The notes: generated by a model from the sequence alone, not told the origin. Counted from the first letter of the stretch, positions 1-10,043 are shown. The stretch is DNA of 32,000 nucleotides from Candidatus Hadarchaeota archaeon (GCA_964514965.1 CAZETV010000002.1:150001-182000); one strand, 5' to 3'. Translations and numbers: made by a program.

Positions 1-341
1 TCTGGCTGGCTTAGATTAAGCCCGATTATCTTACTCCCGACCAATAGCTGCATGACGATACCCGCGGTGACGATCGGCCCGATACCAAGCTCCATCAAGC
101 TCCCCGCATGGCTGGCGAGGATAAATCGCAGTTGACCAAAGACTGCCGTTTGCCCTGCTCCAGCAACCATTCCATAAAGCGAAACTTGGGTTAAAACGAA
201 GAAGGCGATGAGGGCTATCGCTGTCCACATGAATTTTTCCTTAAAGGAAACGTGCCGCTTCGGAACTGCGACCTCAGGAAGTCTTCGTACGAGGGCATCA
301 AGAACGTAAAGTTTGGATCGCGGCTTCTCAACTTGTTCCAT
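1..341 (-). CDS. secY: Preprotein translocase subunit SecY, N-terminal part (runs off window)
   Basis: Manual reverse-strand translation starts MEQVEKPRSKLYVLDALVRRLPEVAVPKRHVSFKEKFMWTAIALIAFFVLTQVSLYGM and continues HAGSLMELGIGPIVTAGIVMQLLVGSKII. This is SecY-like and follows rpl15. It is absent from the ORF track because it is truncated. Confidence 0.93.
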   Translation of the reverse strand, partial: MEQVEKPRSKLYVLDALVRRLPEVAVPKRHVSFKEKFMWTAIALIAFFVLTQVSLYGMVAGAGQTAVFGQLRFILASHAGSLMELGIGPIVTAGIVMQLLVGSKIIGLNLSQP

Positions 342-786
342 CACCTTCACCTGTTATTGCATTGCCTCCTGCTTCCTCAAGTTTTCGCTTCGCCGACCCA
401 ACAAATTCTTTAGCGACAACCTCGATAGGGCGGGTGATGTGTCCTCCACCGAGCACCCTCTCAAAACCAAGCTTCCTGATGTCAACCACGATCCGCTCTT
501 CCTCCCGCTTGGCGATCCCCTGCTGCAGAAATTCTTCGAGGCGCTCGTCGAGTTCACCAATATTAATCGCATTGACTTTTCTATTCACTTTGGGTAAGCG
601 TGTGAATCCATGCTTGCCGAAATATTTGGGCATGTATCTGAGTGTGTAAGACCACTTCTGCTTGTGGCCACCGCTGCGTCCCTTTCCACCCTTTTCCCCG
701 CTCCCGCGTCCCCTTTTTGCGCATCCCCTTCCGTAAGTTCTTCCGCCTCGTTGCCTTCGAACCTTTCGTCTTCTTCGCACAACCAT
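328..786 (-). CDS. rpl15: Ribosomal protein uL15 (L15)
   Basis: MVVRRRRKVRRQRGGRTYGRGCAKRGRGSGEKGGKGRSGGHKQKW; glycine/arginine-rich L15 N-terminus; position between rpl30 and secY. Confidence 0.95.
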   Translation of the reverse strand: MVVRRRRKVRRQRGGRTYGRGCAKRGRGSGEKGGKGRSGGHKQKWSYTLRYMPKYFGKHGFTRLPKVNRKVNAINIGELDERLEEFLQQGIAKREEERIVVDIRKLGFERVLGGGHITRPIEVVAKEFVGSAKRKLEEAGGNAITGEGDGTS

Positions 787-795
787 TCAAAACAC

Positions 796-1263
796 CTAAA
801 TCATTTTGAGGATGAGCTCATTGATTCGCTCACCACGGTAGCCCAGATCGCCAAAATCATTAAATGGTCGCTTAATGGCTTTGAATCCCTTTCGCGGTGG
901 GTGAAGTCTGAAAACTTTCTTCAATCTAGGAAGTGATCTAAGATTGGTCTCTCCAGCATGCACTGCAGCAGCGAACTCGCTCAATGATTGAAACGAAGTT
1001 TGAGATTTGACGAATTCATCAGTCAAGCGCTCGTCGCCAGCTAGCCTACCGCGTTTTCGGATGAGTTGCTCTAATACTTCCTTATCAATCTCCCCCCACG
1101 TAAGCACATCCTTTGCCTTCTGCAGCATCCCGCAGTATGTGGGGACATCATCGATTACAACGCAATGATTGACGCGCGTTAGGCATAACATTTTCATCAT
1201 TTCCCTCACCTTACGCCGCACATTCACGCTACTGCGTACTCTAATTACTGCTAGCTTGGTCAC
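796..1263 (-). CDS. rpl30: Ribosomal protein uL30 (archaeal L30)
   Basis: MTKLAVIRVRSSVNVRRKVREMMKMLCLTRVNHCVVIDD; archaeal long L30 form; synteny. Confidence 0.95.
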   Translation of the reverse strand: MTKLAVIRVRSSVNVRRKVREMMKMLCLTRVNHCVVIDDVPTYCGMLQKAKDVLTWGEIDKEVLEQLIRKRGRLAGDERLTDEFVKSQTSFQSLSEFAAAVHAGETNLRSLPRLKKVFRLHPPRKGFKAIKRPFNDFGDLGYRGERINELILKMI

Positions 1264-1948
1264 CTACTTCACCAACCTTTCCGATAAAAACGTGACCCCT
1301 ATGGGATTCCCGCAGAGCTACCCTCGTGGTCTGCTTGAGAGCGTCGAAAGTAGCAAGAGCGAAGTTGAGTGTCGTGCGTGTTTGCCCGCGTGAGTGAATC
1401 CAAGCATCCTTGATTCCAGCCATTCGAAGGATTATCTTCGAGACCTCGGCCGCTGTTAACCCTAGTCCGCGAGGGGCGGGTTTTATCATCATGCGAACGC
1501 TACCGCTTCTTCCAGTGACTTCAAATGGAACTGAATGAGGCCTCCCGCAAGCACACTCCCAGCTTCCGCAACCTCGCGCGACCTCCACGATGTTTAGTTT
1601 CGCCGTTGTTATGGCTTTTCTTATGGAGGGGCCAATCTCGCGCGCGCTCGCGTGTCCAACTCCAACAATCCCTCCCCGATTTCCGACTGCCGTGACTACA
1701 CGATATTTAATCCGACGCCCCGACTTGTGCATCCGCTGAACCAAGCTAACCCCCAAGATTTCCTCCTCGAGTTTTGGCACGAGTGCATCGATCACTTCAG
1801 ACTCTTTAATCGGCCTACCCTGCCGCAGAATCTGGGATATTTCTGTTATCTGCCCTTCCTTTACTGCTCGCCCCATGTTCGTCCGAGGCTGCCAAAGTTC
1901 AATGCTGAATTTCTCTCTTATTGGTTTTTTCCGCATTCTACTCACCAA
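1241..1948 (-). CDS. rps5: Ribosomal protein uS5
   Basis: S5 features VVTAVGNRGGIVGVGHASAREIGPSIRKAI and GCGSWECACGRPHSVPFEVTGRSGSVRMMIKPAPRGLGL; synteny. Confidence 0.97.
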   Translation of the reverse strand: MVSRMRKKPIREKFSIELWQPRTNMGRAVKEGQITEISQILRQGRPIKESEVIDALVPKLEEEILGVSLVQRMHKSGRRIKYRVVTAVGNRGGIVGVGHASAREIGPSIRKAITTAKLNIVEVARGCGSWECACGRPHSVPFEVTGRSGSVRMMIKPAPRGLGLTAAEVSKIILRMAGIKDAWIHSRGQTRTTLNFALATFDALKQTTRVALRESHRGHVFIGKVGEVGDQASSN

Positions 1949-2540
1949 ACTGCGTAATTATTGCCTGCTTGATTTCATTAAAGTGCTCCGGTAGCTGTTC
2001 CGGAGAAAATCCGCGTTGAAGATAAGCGAAAAATTGTTTGCTATATGTTTTTTCATCTTTCTCCTTCAACTTCGCAGCATACTGGGCGATGTGCTCCCCG
2101 CGTATCCGTTCATCACCGGGTAAAACTCCTTCACCATGCGGGATTTGTAAACCCGCATTGAGTGCCCCTTTGAGAACGGTGAAAACTTTAACTTGTGAAA
2201 TTGGGTTGTGCATCCCGACATCCAAAGCACATTCCTTTGTCCCAGCTTTCAGCGCGCGGTAGCCGCAGAGAAGCCCCACTAGGTAGGCCGCGGGAGTATT
2301 TGCAGTGTATCCTTTCCACCCAAGCTTCTCAAGCTCTTTCGAGTGCGCTGAGGCGATGGTGATATCACCGCTAGGGGTGGCGCGCACTAATTGCACTATG
2401 ACATGCTTTAGCGAAATTCTCGCTACTAGCCGAGGTTTGCCCGAGCGTAGGAACTTGAGTCTAACTCTATAGTCAGTCTTCCCCTTTCGCTTACGCCTGA
2501 ACTGAACCTTCCAGCGGGGTCCGATCTTAGACATTTTCAT
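1938..2540 (-). CDS. rpl18: Ribosomal protein uL18 (archaeal L18)
   Basis: KIGPRWKVQFRRKRKGKTDYRVRLKFLRSGKPRLVARISLKHVIVQLV; synteny. Confidence 0.96.
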   Translation of the reverse strand: MKMSKIGPRWKVQFRRKRKGKTDYRVRLKFLRSGKPRLVARISLKHVIVQLVRATPSGDITIASAHSKELEKLGWKGYTANTPAAYLVGLLCGYRALKAGTKECALDVGMHNPISQVKVFTVLKGALNAGLQIPHGEGVLPGDERIRGEHIAQYAAKLKEKDEKTYSKQFFAYLQRGFSPEQLPEHFNEIKQAIITQFGE

Positions 2541-2986
2541 CCCTTCAGAAATCCTCGTTCCTTAAGGTGGGTTTCTAGATGAGCTTTGCTTTTGAAGGCA
2601 CCACCTTTTACCATCCGGTAGAGCCTGCGATATTCATGCCGGTCGATCGTTCCATCTCGCTTAAGTTCACGCAGCTTCACTCGAAGTGGCCGCACGGTTC
2701 TAATCCAACTCGCCTTTTTCGGTTGCCTAGCTCTCAGTGTACCCTTCCTGCTTCCAACGCCTCGCCGCCTACCTTGTTTGCGCTTAATGGCCCGTCGCCT
2801 GAACCTCCCACGGCTTATCCCCAGCTCTGGCTTCGCTTTTATCGCGCCCTGCCGAATCAAACGCTTGATATCTTCACGCGATATCGCCGAAGAGATATCT
2901 GCGATACGGGAAGAGTCGATCCAAACTCGGTTAACGCCCACACCGAGAATATCAGCTGCTAGCCTACGTTGCGTGTTCAACTTCAC
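2537..2986 (-). CDS. rpl19e: Ribosomal protein eL19
   Basis: MKLNTQRRLAADILGVGVNRVWIDSSRIADISSAISREDIKRLI...RGRRRGVGSRKG; synteny. Confidence 0.97.
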   Translation of the reverse strand: MKLNTQRRLAADILGVGVNRVWIDSSRIADISSAISREDIKRLIRQGAIKAKPELGISRGRFRRRAIKRKQGRRRGVGSRKGTLRARQPKKASWIRTVRPLRVKLRELKRDGTIDRHEYRRLYRMVKGGAFKSKAHLETHLKERGFLKG

Positions 2987-3347
2987 GTTTTTCGACTCCT
3001 CTAGGATTTAGTACTCGAATACCAAGCTCCTTGGCTTTAATCATAATCTTTTCTCTTTTTCGCCCACCAACGCTTGAGCCTATCCGAACCGCTTGCTTAC
3101 TCGTGTCAAGTCCTTCAAGATCACGAAGAGCATGCACCATAACCTCGACAAATCCAGAAGGATGAACTCCTCTTACACTTTTGGGCAATCGATAGCCAAC
3201 TGAAACAATCGCTGGTTTTCCCTTTATGCCGAGACGCATCTTACTGTCGTTGCCCCTAGGCTTGCGCCACTTCTCACCAAGCTTTGCGAACCTAAACCAC
3301 TCCTGACGCCTGAATTTAGGAGTACGTTTTTTTCTTGTCATTCTCAT
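2964..3347 (-). CDS. rpl32e: Ribosomal protein eL32
   Basis: KFRRQEWFRFAKLGEKWRKPRGNDSKMRLGIKGKPAIVSVGYRLPKSVRGVHPSGF; synteny. Confidence 0.97.
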   Translation of the reverse strand: MRMTRKKRTPKFRRQEWFRFAKLGEKWRKPRGNDSKMRLGIKGKPAIVSVGYRLPKSVRGVHPSGFVEVMVHALRDLEGLDTSKQAVRIGSSVGGRKREKIMIKAKELGIRVLNPRGVEKREVEHAT

Positions 3348-3877
3348 GCCCTCTCTACAATATAACAGCCGTCTTGAAAAACGCGTGGATCGCGGTGCCT
3401 GATGAAAGTTGCTTGTTCGATGTTAAACGCCGTTTGTCCGACTTCGTCCCTATCGATGCCTTGGACAATTATTTCGTCCCCTTTTACTTCCACTTTCACG
3501 TCACCGACAATTTTTGCCACGCGGGGGGCCCGCTCGCCGAGAAAGTTTTGAATCAGAACCCGCTTTCCATCTATTTTTATCGTGACCGGAAAATGCGAGT
3601 AAACCACGCTGAGCTTGTAGGTGAAACCGTTAGTAACTCCCGTAAACATGTTAAGCAAACGAGCCCGAATCATTCCAAGTGCAGCTCGACGCTTCCGACG
3701 CGGAGACGATATTTCGATACAAATCTTTTTCTCCTCCATTCTCAGTTCGACTCCAAGGATATCGAATTTTTGTACAAGCTTACCCTTTGGTCCACTAACC
3801 TCAATCGACTTGTCCAAGAGCTTAAGCTCCACCCCTTCGGGCGCCTTTATCTCTTCTCTGATTTTTGCCATTACCAT
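3344..3877 (-). CDS. rpl6: Ribosomal protein uL6
   Basis: IREEIKAPEGVELKLLDKSIEVSGPKGKLVQKF...NMFTGVTNGFTYKLSVVYSHFPVTIK; synteny. Start may be the second Met (3871). Confidence 0.96.
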   Translation of the reverse strand: MVMAKIREEIKAPEGVELKLLDKSIEVSGPKGKLVQKFDILGVELRMEEKKICIEISSPRRKRRAALGMIRARLLNMFTGVTNGFTYKLSVVYSHFPVTIKIDGKRVLIQNFLGERAPRVAKIVGDVKVEVKGDEIIVQGIDRDEVGQTAFNIEQATFIRHRDPRVFQDGCYIVERA

Positions 3878-3936
3878 TTGGACACCATCACACGACTAAA
3901 CATTCTTTTAGTCTTTCATAACATTTTAGGGCACTT

Positions 3937-3944
3937 GATATAAG
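3937..3944 (-). promoter_or_regulatory. Candidate TATA box upstream of rpl6
   Basis: Reverse-strand CTTATATC in an AT-rich non-coding gap, about 60 nt upstream of the rpl6 start. Visual match only. Confidence 0.3.
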
Positions 3945-4081
3945 GTTTAGAGTAAGGTTCAAAGCGTGTCTATTTTTTTGTAGAACATTGGGAAATTCAT
4001 TGAATGATTTATACACAAACCAGCACCCACGTGAATCATCGGCAAGAAGCATTTCACATATCGAAGTCCTGGTGTGGATAA

Positions 4082-4483
4082 TTAGTAAACGTATGCTAAA
4101 AGTCGCCCACCCAAACCCTGCTCTTCAGCCTGTCGATGGGGTATGACCCCTCGCTGGGTGGAGACCAATAACAAGCCGAACCCAGCCGCGGGCAGGTATC
4201 GCTCCTCCCACCGCTCGTAATCGTCGTGCTTCACGGCGTATCGGGGTTTTATTACCCCACACCCGTTTATCTTACCCTGCAGCACGACCCTGAACTTTCC
4301 ACCACGACCATTGTCTATGAACTCGAACTCACCTATGAATCCTTCTTTCTGCATTATGCGCAACACCTCGCTGATCAGCTTCGATGCAGGAGCAACTACT
4401 GTCTCGCGCTTTCGGGCGCGCTCGTAGTTCTCGATTTTTGACAGCGCGTTGGCTAGAGGATCTAACAACATCTGCTCACCCAT
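4082..4483 (-). CDS. rps8: Ribosomal protein uS8
   Basis: [46 protein letters not shown] ... [40 protein letters not shown]. Start could be Met1 or Met5. Confidence 0.97.
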   Translation of the reverse strand: MGEQMLLDPLANALSKIENYERARKRETVVAPASKLISEVLRIMQKEGFIGEFEFIDNGRGGKFRVVLQGKINGCGVIKPRYAVKHDDYERWEERYLPAAGFGLLLVSTQRGVIPHRQAEEQGLGGRLLAYVY

Positions 4484-4622
4484 ATTTTTTGAACCCCATC
4501 TTCGGCGCTAGTTCGCGGAAACAGCGCCGACACAACTTTAGCCCGTATTGTTGGTATACATGCCCATACCTTCCACATCGAATGCACTTATGGGTTCCCC
4601 GTCCAAACTTCCGCTTTGACAT
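4476..4622 (-). CDS. rps14: Ribosomal protein uS14 (zinc-binding, 48 aa)
   Basis: Too short for the ORF track. Manual translation [48 protein letters not shown] has CxxC...CxxC. Its ATG overlaps the rpl5 stop (TAATG) and its end overlaps the rps8 start. Confidence 0.95.
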   Translation of the reverse strand: MSKRKFGRGTHKCIRCGRYGHVYQQYGLKLCRRCFRELAPKMGFKKYG

Positions 4623-5128
4623 TAGACCACCTGAACTCCAAATTTCTCAGTGACGAAATTTATTGCTTCCTCTTTAACGATACAGTGCCTTTTTGGTATA
4701 GCCTTTGGTTGACGCCTCCTGCGCCTAACACGATATCCAGGCCTCTGAAGCGTCACGCAAACATCTACCCCGAAGATGCCTATTTCTGGGTCATAAGAAA
4801 TGCCTGAGATATCGATGTGCTCCTTGACCCCAAAAGCGAAGTTTTCCTTACCATCAAAACACTTTTCGCTGAGACGACGTTCGACTGCATCGAACAATCG
4901 TTTTAAAATTTTTGTAGCTTCCTCGCCCCGTAGCGTAACCTTGCAGCCTATGAACTCGTCTTTCTTAACTCCCCATTCCCTTACCGCCCGCTTTGCCTGC
5001 GTTCGCGCTGGTTTTCGGCCCGTGATGCTCTCTAACACCCGCTCGGCCTTCGCTAGCTTGTCGCCGCCCTCGCCGACCCCTATATTCAGGGTAACTTTCT
5101 CGATTCTAATATCGCGCATCAGATTCAT
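4622..5128 (-). CDS. rpl5: Ribosomal protein uL5
   Basis: [65 protein letters not shown]; synteny. Confidence 0.97.
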   Translation of the reverse strand: MNLMRDIRIEKVTLNIGVGEGGDKLAKAERVLESITGRKPARTQAKRAVREWGVKKDEFIGCKVTLRGEEATKILKRLFDAVERRLSEKCFDGKENFAFGVKEHIDISGISYDPEIGIFGVDVCVTLQRPGYRVRRRRRQPKAIPKRHCIVKEEAINFVTEKFGVQVV

Positions 5129-5856
5129 ACGGGTGCCTCCTGCAACGAAATGGCGGGCTTCTCCTTTCCAACAACAAACACATAATGTTCGGGAGCTTGG
5201 AAAGTTCCGCCAGCGACCGCGAGCGTCACGATGTTTGGCTGTGTGCCCTCGATCAGATTGACATCGGTTATGATGCCTACCTTGCTCACGTTTTTCCCAC
5301 CGGTGATCAACACCGCAGCCCCTTTTTCAAACGGAAACCGCCCAATCACCTTGAACTCAGGTAGGGCAAGCTTTATCACATCTTCAGGCTTGAATTCATC
5401 GAAATCACCAACGAGCGTCTTGCCGTCGTGAAAAGAGAGCTGAACCCGCTTGCCCCGTATGATATCTTTACGCATAATCTTGCAGAGCTTCAAAGATGTT
5501 TCAGCTTTATCTATCTCATGGAGGACTAGACGCCCGCGGTTGTCTAGAAGAACTCGATAGTTTTGGTCCAAGGCAAGAAATTGCACCACATCCATCAGGC
5601 CAACGGGAAACTTGGGACTTCGCCTCACCCTACCGTCCACGAGCACTTGCCCTCCCGCGAGAATTCTATCCGCTTCCCGAGCGGTTCGGGCAAGCGAGAG
5701 ATAATCCCTCAGAAGCAGGCGAAGCGGCATGGAACTATCGCGAGGATGGGGTCCTGGCGAGGGCTTCACCATCCAAGGGAAAGACTTACGCGGAAGCTTC
5801 AATGCCCGCGGTGCAGCGTAACGTTTCATGTGTTTACTTTGCCCTTTTTTCGCCAC
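5125..5856 (-). CDS. rps4e: Ribosomal protein eS4
   Basis: KHMKRYAAPRALKLPRKSFPWMVKPSPGPHPRDSSMPLRLLLRDYL...; synteny. Confidence 0.97.
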   Translation of the reverse strand: MAKKGQSKHMKRYAAPRALKLPRKSFPWMVKPSPGPHPRDSSMPLRLLLRDYLSLARTAREADRILAGGQVLVDGRVRRSPKFPVGLMDVVQFLALDQNYRVLLDNRGRLVLHEIDKAETSLKLCKIMRKDIIRGKRVQLSFHDGKTLVGDFDEFKPEDVIKLALPEFKVIGRFPFEKGAAVLITGGKNVSKVGIITDVNLIEGTQPNIVTLAVAGGTFQAPEHYVFVVGKEKPAISLQEAPV

Positions 5857-6211
5857 TTTTTGACCTCCTCTCGAGCACTTTATCGCGCTCCTTGTCTGAA
5901 GCTAGCTTTATCAATACAACGTTTGAGGGCACGAGTGACCTATTGATTTGAGTTCCATCAGCCTTTGTAGTCGTTGCCCCCTGAACTTGAATGCGGCGCC
6001 GCTTCGTATCTACCCCAATCACATCGCCCTCAAGCTTCGTAAAGTCGCCATGCATGACTCGCACTTTGTCCCCCTTCCGCACGGGTAGGGAACGCGTTTT
6101 GTATTTTCCTCGAAGCTCTCGGCTGAGGGACGCGGAAAGGAATCGGTGCCTCCGGTGCAAGGGCGCGGCGTAAAGCGCTAAGTGTTGTTTTCTAGATTGT
6201 TTGCTCACCAT
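5834..6211 (-). CDS. rpl24: Ribosomal protein uL24
   Basis: SLPVRKGDKVRVMHGDFTKLEGDVIGVDTKRRRIQVQGATTTKADGTQINRSLVPSNVVLIKL (KOW motif). Confidence 0.96.
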   Translation of the reverse strand: MVSKQSRKQHLALYAAPLHRRHRFLSASLSRELRGKYKTRSLPVRKGDKVRVMHGDFTKLEGDVIGVDTKRRRIQVQGATTTKADGTQINRSLVPSNVVLIKLASDKERDKVLERRSKSGEKRAK

Positions 6212-6214
6212 CTT

Positions 6215-6640
6215 TCATACCACCGTTGAAGCTATCCCAGCTACGCGGGGCCACCGTTCGGCTGCCTCTCGAGCCATTGGTCCTTTAATCTCTGAACCCC
6301 TAGGAGCTCCCTCAGGAGTTATCAAAACTGCTGCGTTACCCTCAAATTTTACCCGCATCCCATCTGTGCGGCGATACTCCTTGCGCTGGCGGATGACTAT
6401 TGCGCGGACGAGCTGTTTTCGAAACTCGGGGGTGCCCCGCTTGACCGAGGCGACGATGTGATCCCCTATCCCCGCCTTGCCCATGCGCCTACGTCGACCG
6501 CGATAACCGACGACGTTCACAATCTGCAACTCCTTGGCTCCCGTGTTATCGGCACAGTCGAGACGTGCACCAATCGGTAACGCCCTTATAGGCGCCATCG
6601 CGGTCACACCAATCGAAGTGCCAACACCTTTCTTCCCCAT
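6215..6640 (-). CDS. rpl14: Ribosomal protein uL14
   Basis: [67 protein letters not shown]. Confidence 0.97.
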   Translation of the reverse strand: MGKKGVGTSIGVTAMAPIRALPIGARLDCADNTGAKELQIVNVVGYRGRRRRMGKAGIGDHIVASVKRGTPEFRKQLVRAIVIRQRKEYRRTDGMRVKFEGNAAVLITPEGAPRGSEIKGPMAREAAERWPRVAGIASTVV

Positions 6641-6641
6641 A

Positions 6642-6959
6642 CTACGCCCCCAGTTTCTGCACGACGACGAATGCTTTTGTCTTGCTTAGTCGCCGACACT
6701 CCATAATTTTCACTTTATCACCAACGCGAGCGGAAATACATGGTGGGTTGTGAGCATGAAGCTTGGAGGTACGACGTTCATATCGCTCGTATTTTGGGAT
6801 TACCTGCATTCGCTCCATCTCAATCGTAACAGTACGTGACATCTTATCGCTCACCACGACGCCCTCGAAAGTTCTACCTCGCGCCGAAAGCGTACCGTGG
6901 AAGGGACACTTCGGATCGGAACATCGCTCCTTTGGTGATTTTATTCCCATGCCTACCAT
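6642..6959 (-). CDS. rps17: Ribosomal protein uS17
   Basis: [82 protein letters not shown]. Confidence 0.97.
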   Translation of the reverse strand: MVGMGIKSPKERCSDPKCPFHGTLSARGRTFEGVVVSDKMSRTVTIEMERMQVIPKYERYERRTSKLHAHNPPCISARVGDKVKIMECRRLSKTKAFVVVQKLGA

Positions 6960-6963
6960 AGTT

Positions 6964-7245
6964 TTACCTCCTTAGCTTCACTCGCCCCTCAGGCCGCCCG
7001 ACGAGCTTCTCTCCGTCGACTTCAACTTTCTCGCCGTTAGGGCTGGTGAACATGAATCTAGAGCTTGCCTTGGGTAAGATCTTGGCCCTGCCATCCTGCT
7101 CGATTATCAGTATGTTTCGAGTCTCGTCGATGATTACGCCATAAGTGTCGAGTAGCGTAGGATCCGAACTATTCGTGACCCTAGCCTCGAACCCAATGAG
7201 CTCATGCCGCAGCACGTTTCGCTTAGTTATCGGCATACTCTTCAC
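6964..7245 (-). CDS. rnp1: Ribonuclease P protein component 1 (Pop4/Rpp29)
   Basis: [61 protein letters not shown]; conserved location between rpl29/eIF1 and rps17. Confidence 0.92.
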   Translation of the reverse strand: MKSMPITKRNVLRHELIGFEARVTNSSDPTLLDTYGVIIDETRNILIIEQDGRAKILPKASSRFMFTSPNGEKVEVDGEKLVGRPEGRVKLRR

Positions 7246-7545
7246 CTATCTCGTATCAATCATCTCAGGGGAGAAACCCATCCCCACGAGTACCTCCTTT
7301 GCTCGGGCTTTGTGATTGCCCTGAAGTTCGATATGACCTTCTTTCGAAGTTCCGCCGCACGCGAGCTTCGATTTCAAGCTTTTCGTCAGTTCCTTGATAT
7401 CAAGTTGTTTTTCATCTATGCCCTCAATAATAGTCATAATTTTGCCGTATTTTCGCTTGATTGAATATACGTTAATCCGTTGTTGTTCGCGGGCGATCTC
7501 TTGACAAACACAAAGTTCTTTGGGCAAACCACAGACCTTACACAC
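7246..7545 (-). CDS. Translation initiation factor eIF1/SUI1 family
   Basis: MCKVCGLPKELCVCQEIAREQQRINVYSIKRKYGKIMTIIEGID...LKSKLACGGTSKEGHIELQGNH. Confidence 0.95.
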   Translation of the reverse strand: MCKVCGLPKELCVCQEIAREQQRINVYSIKRKYGKIMTIIEGIDEKQLDIKELTKSLKSKLACGGTSKEGHIELQGNHKARAKEVLVGMGFSPEMIDTR

Positions 7546-7557
7546 CTCTGGCAGCTC

Positions 7558-7767
7558 TCATACACCTCCCCTTTGTTTTTCTTTCATGATGGTGAGTATT
7601 CGAGCTATCGTATGTCGAAGGTCGCGGATTCGCGCCGGGTTCTCGAGCGAGCCTCCTGCAGCTGCCGTGGCGCGTGTTCGAGCGAGTTCGGCCCGGAGTT
7701 CTCTGATCTTTGCCTTCATCTCCTCAAAGTTCAAATCTCGAATCTCACTGGACCTTAGTATCGCCAT
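7558..7767 (-). CDS. rpl29: Ribosomal protein uL29
   Basis: MAILRSSEIRDLNFEEMKAKIRELRAELARTRATAAAGGSLENPARIRDLRHTIARILTIMKEK. The ORF-track start (7893) is over-extended into rps3; Met43 at 7767 matches the family. Confidence 0.93.
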   Translation of the reverse strand: MAILRSSEIRDLNFEEMKAKIRELRAELARTRATAAAGGSLENPARIRDLRHTIARILTIMKEKQRGGV

Positions 7768-8476
7768 TTCCCTCGTCCTCCTCTGGTTTAACCTCTTTTG
7801 CTTCTCCTTCAGCAGCCTTAGCTTTTTCCTGCCCCTCGCCCTTTTCCACTGCTGGAACAGCTTCAGCTGGCTTGGGAATTTCCTCAGATGCAATTTTAAT
7901 CTCGTCGGGTAGTGGAACCTCAGGGGGCATTATCAGTACCTTTATCCCTGCTATTCCCGGCTTCAGCTTCGCAGCCGCGTAACCATGGCTAACCAATTTT
8001 TTTGCTGGTTCCCCTGCCTTGCTGAGATAACCTTGATAGAAGCGTTGAGTACGGGTGCGTTCTCCAGCTATCCTACCTGAAATCGTGACTTCGGCACCTC
8101 TGGCACCAGCGTTCATCACCCTCCGCAGCGCAGTGTGCCCGACCCGCCTCGCGCTTATCCCACGCTCAAGGGCGAACGCGATTCGCTTTGCCATGATAGG
8201 GGCGCAGAGTTCAGGCTTCGTGAGCTCGACTACTTCTACCTGCGGATTCTCCAATCCAAATTTTTGAGCAAGCTCATCAGTGAGATGCTTTATGCTCTTT
8301 CCCTTACGTCCGATCACCATTCCGGGCCGCTCGACATAGAGTGCGACCCGCGTGCCAGTTGGGATCCGCTTGATGTCTGCCCCACCGTACCCCGCACGCT
8401 CAAGCTCTCGCTCTAAGAACTCCTCAAGCTCCATACGTTTCAAGCCGAGCTTAATGAATGTGCGCTCCACGGGCAC
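7745..8476 (-). CDS. rps3: Ribosomal protein uS3, with acidic/charged C-terminal tail
   Basis: KH domain RVALYVERPGMVIGRKGKSIKHLTDELAQKFGLENPQVEVVEL; synteny. Confidence 0.97.
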   Translation of the reverse strand: MPVERTFIKLGLKRMELEEFLERELERAGYGGADIKRIPTGTRVALYVERPGMVIGRKGKSIKHLTDELAQKFGLENPQVEVVELTKPELCAPIMAKRIAFALERGISARRVGHTALRRVMNAGARGAEVTISGRIAGERTRTQRFYQGYLSKAGEPAKKLVSHGYAAAKLKPGIAGIKVLIMPPEVPLPDEIKIASEEIPKPAEAVPAVEKGEGQEKAKAAEGEAKEVKPEEDEGNGDTKVQ

Positions 8477-8928
8477 TAGGCTACCTCCTTGAGGATTATC
8501 TCCACATTAGTCAGCGGCTTGTTGAAAGAGGTGGCTCGAGCGAAAGCGCGGGGCAAAAATCCGGGGATTGTGATCCCCTTCTGAGCACTTGCGTGCACGA
8601 CTTTGAGCTTCTCCGTATCGAGCCCTTTGTACGTCGCGTTGGCCTCAGCATTCTCCAAAATATTCAGAATCGCGCGTGCTGTTTTAACCGGGAACTGTCC
8701 GCTTCCCCCTGCCCCTCGCCTGTGCGCAATCTTCTTTCGATGACGCTTGAACGGGACGGGCTTTTTCTTATCAACAACAGCTTGCAAATAATCCTTGGCC
8801 GTTGCTAATCTCATGCCTCTGATTGCCCTGCAGACTTCCATCGCGTGCTTTGGGGAGGCCCGCATTTCTTTGCCGAAAGCTTTCGCACATGGTTCATCCA
8901 CTTTTTTAGAATAACCAAACTTAGGCAT
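8476..8928 (-). CDS. rpl22: Ribosomal protein uL22
   Basis: CRAIRGMRLATAKDYLQAVVDKKKPVPFKRHRKKIAHRRGAGG...GRFPVK-type sequence; synteny. Confidence 0.96.
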   Translation of the reverse strand: MPKFGYSKKVDEPCAKAFGKEMRASPKHAMEVCRAIRGMRLATAKDYLQAVVDKKKPVPFKRHRKKIAHRRGAGGSGQFPVKTARAILNILENAEANATYKGLDTEKLKVVHASAQKGITIPGFLPRAFARATSFNKPLTNVEIILKEVA

Positions 8929-8932
8929 TATA

Positions 8933-9331
8933 TCACTTCAACGGAACATACAACGAACTGCGGGTTGCCCCGATACCAGGCATTCCATGGGTGACCTTCC
9001 GGCGCGTTTGGGAGAACTCGCCCAGGCGGTGACCGACCATTTCCGGCGTCACCTCGACCATGATAAACTCCTTTCCATTGTGAATGGCGAACTTCAGGCC
9101 TACCATCTCGGGCAGTATCACCATCTCTCGACAATGGGTTCGGATGGGAACATCTATTTTTCCGGTCTCCTGCACCTTTCGAATGCGCTCCATCAACTTC
9201 TTCTCTCGAGGCGTGAGGCCGCGAACAAGCGAGCGTCGCTGACGTGCTGGCAGAAGCTTTGCGAAATCATCAAGCGTAAGCTTCTGAAGGTCCTCAATCG
9301 AATATCCTCTAAACATAAACTTCTTCGGCAT
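8933..9331 (-). CDS. rps19: Ribosomal protein uS19
   Basis: [74 protein letters not shown]. Confidence 0.97.
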   Translation of the reverse strand: MPKKFMFRGYSIEDLQKLTLDDFAKLLPARQRRSLVRGLTPREKKLMERIRKVQETGKIDVPIRTHCREMVILPEMVGLKFAIHNGKEFIMVEVTPEMVGHRLGEFSQTRRKVTHGMPGIGATRSSLYVPLK

Positions 9332-9335
9332 GTTT

Positions 9336-10043
9336 TTACCTCTTACCAGTTCTCTTTGCTGCTATTAACCCCACCTTTTGCCCAGGCGGCGTACCCCTTC
9401 CAACGGTTTTCGGCCTTCCTGCATGCTTGCCTCTGCCTCCTCCGAAGGGATGGTCGACTACATTCATCGCGACGCCACGAACATGAGGGTATGGCTTACC
9501 CCGCGCGAGCATGGCGTAATGGCGCTTTCCGGCCTTGACGAACGGTTTTTCTTGACGCCCACTGCCAGCTACGACCCCCACGGTAGCTCGACAACGTGAG
9601 TTGAAATCCCTAATTTCCCCCGAAGGGAGCTGGATTGTCGCACGGCCGATGTCGTGGGCAATCAAGATAGCATGAGTGCCTGAGGCGCGAACAAAGCGTC
9701 CCCCATCCTTTGGTCTTGCTTCGATGTTGTGAAGCGGGGTGCCCTCCGGAATCTCAGCAAGTGAGAGCGTGTTGCCCACTTTGATAGGGACCGAGACACC
9801 ACACATTATTTTATCCCCCACCTTTAACCCCTCAGGTGCGAGCACTAAACGTTCTTCCTTATCGCCGTACCTTATCCTAGCCACCGGGGCACTCCTGCCA
9901 GGATCATGCAAGATGTCAATCACGACTGCTTCAGCCTCTTTTTCAGCTGCAGGGGACTTAACCTCACCAAGCTTTCGCCAAGACTTTGCACGATGGGTAG
10001 GCGACCCTTTGCCGAGTCTTTGAGCTCTTGTCCGCTTTCCCAT
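9336..10043 (-). CDS. rpl2: Ribosomal protein uL2
   Basis: [76 protein letters not shown]. Confidence 0.98.
   Translation of the reverse strand: MGKRTRAQRLGKGSPTHRAKSWRKLGEVKSPAAEKEAEAVVIDILHDPGRSAPVARIRYGDKEERLVLAPEGLKVGDKIMCGVSVPIKVGNTLSLAEIPEGTPLHNIEARPKDGGRFVRASGTHAILIAHDIGRATIQLPSGEIRDFNSRCRATVGVVAGSGRQEKPFVKAGKRHYAMLARGKPYPHVRGVAMNVVDHPFGGGRGKHAGRPKTVGRGTPPGQKVGLIAAKRTGKR

Noticed and set aside
31-228. 65-aa minus-strand ORF from the track
   Set aside because: Out of frame with SecY, whose N-terminus reads through the same region.
3878-4081. Box C/D small RNA in the rps8-rpl6 gap
   Set aside because: A weak GATGATT C-like box is present, but no convincing D box or C'/D' arrangement was found.
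8039-8476. Unusual uS3 architecture (charged tail)
   Set aside because: The KH domain is normal; acidic/lysine-rich C-terminal tails on archaeal uS3 are not remarkable enough to report.
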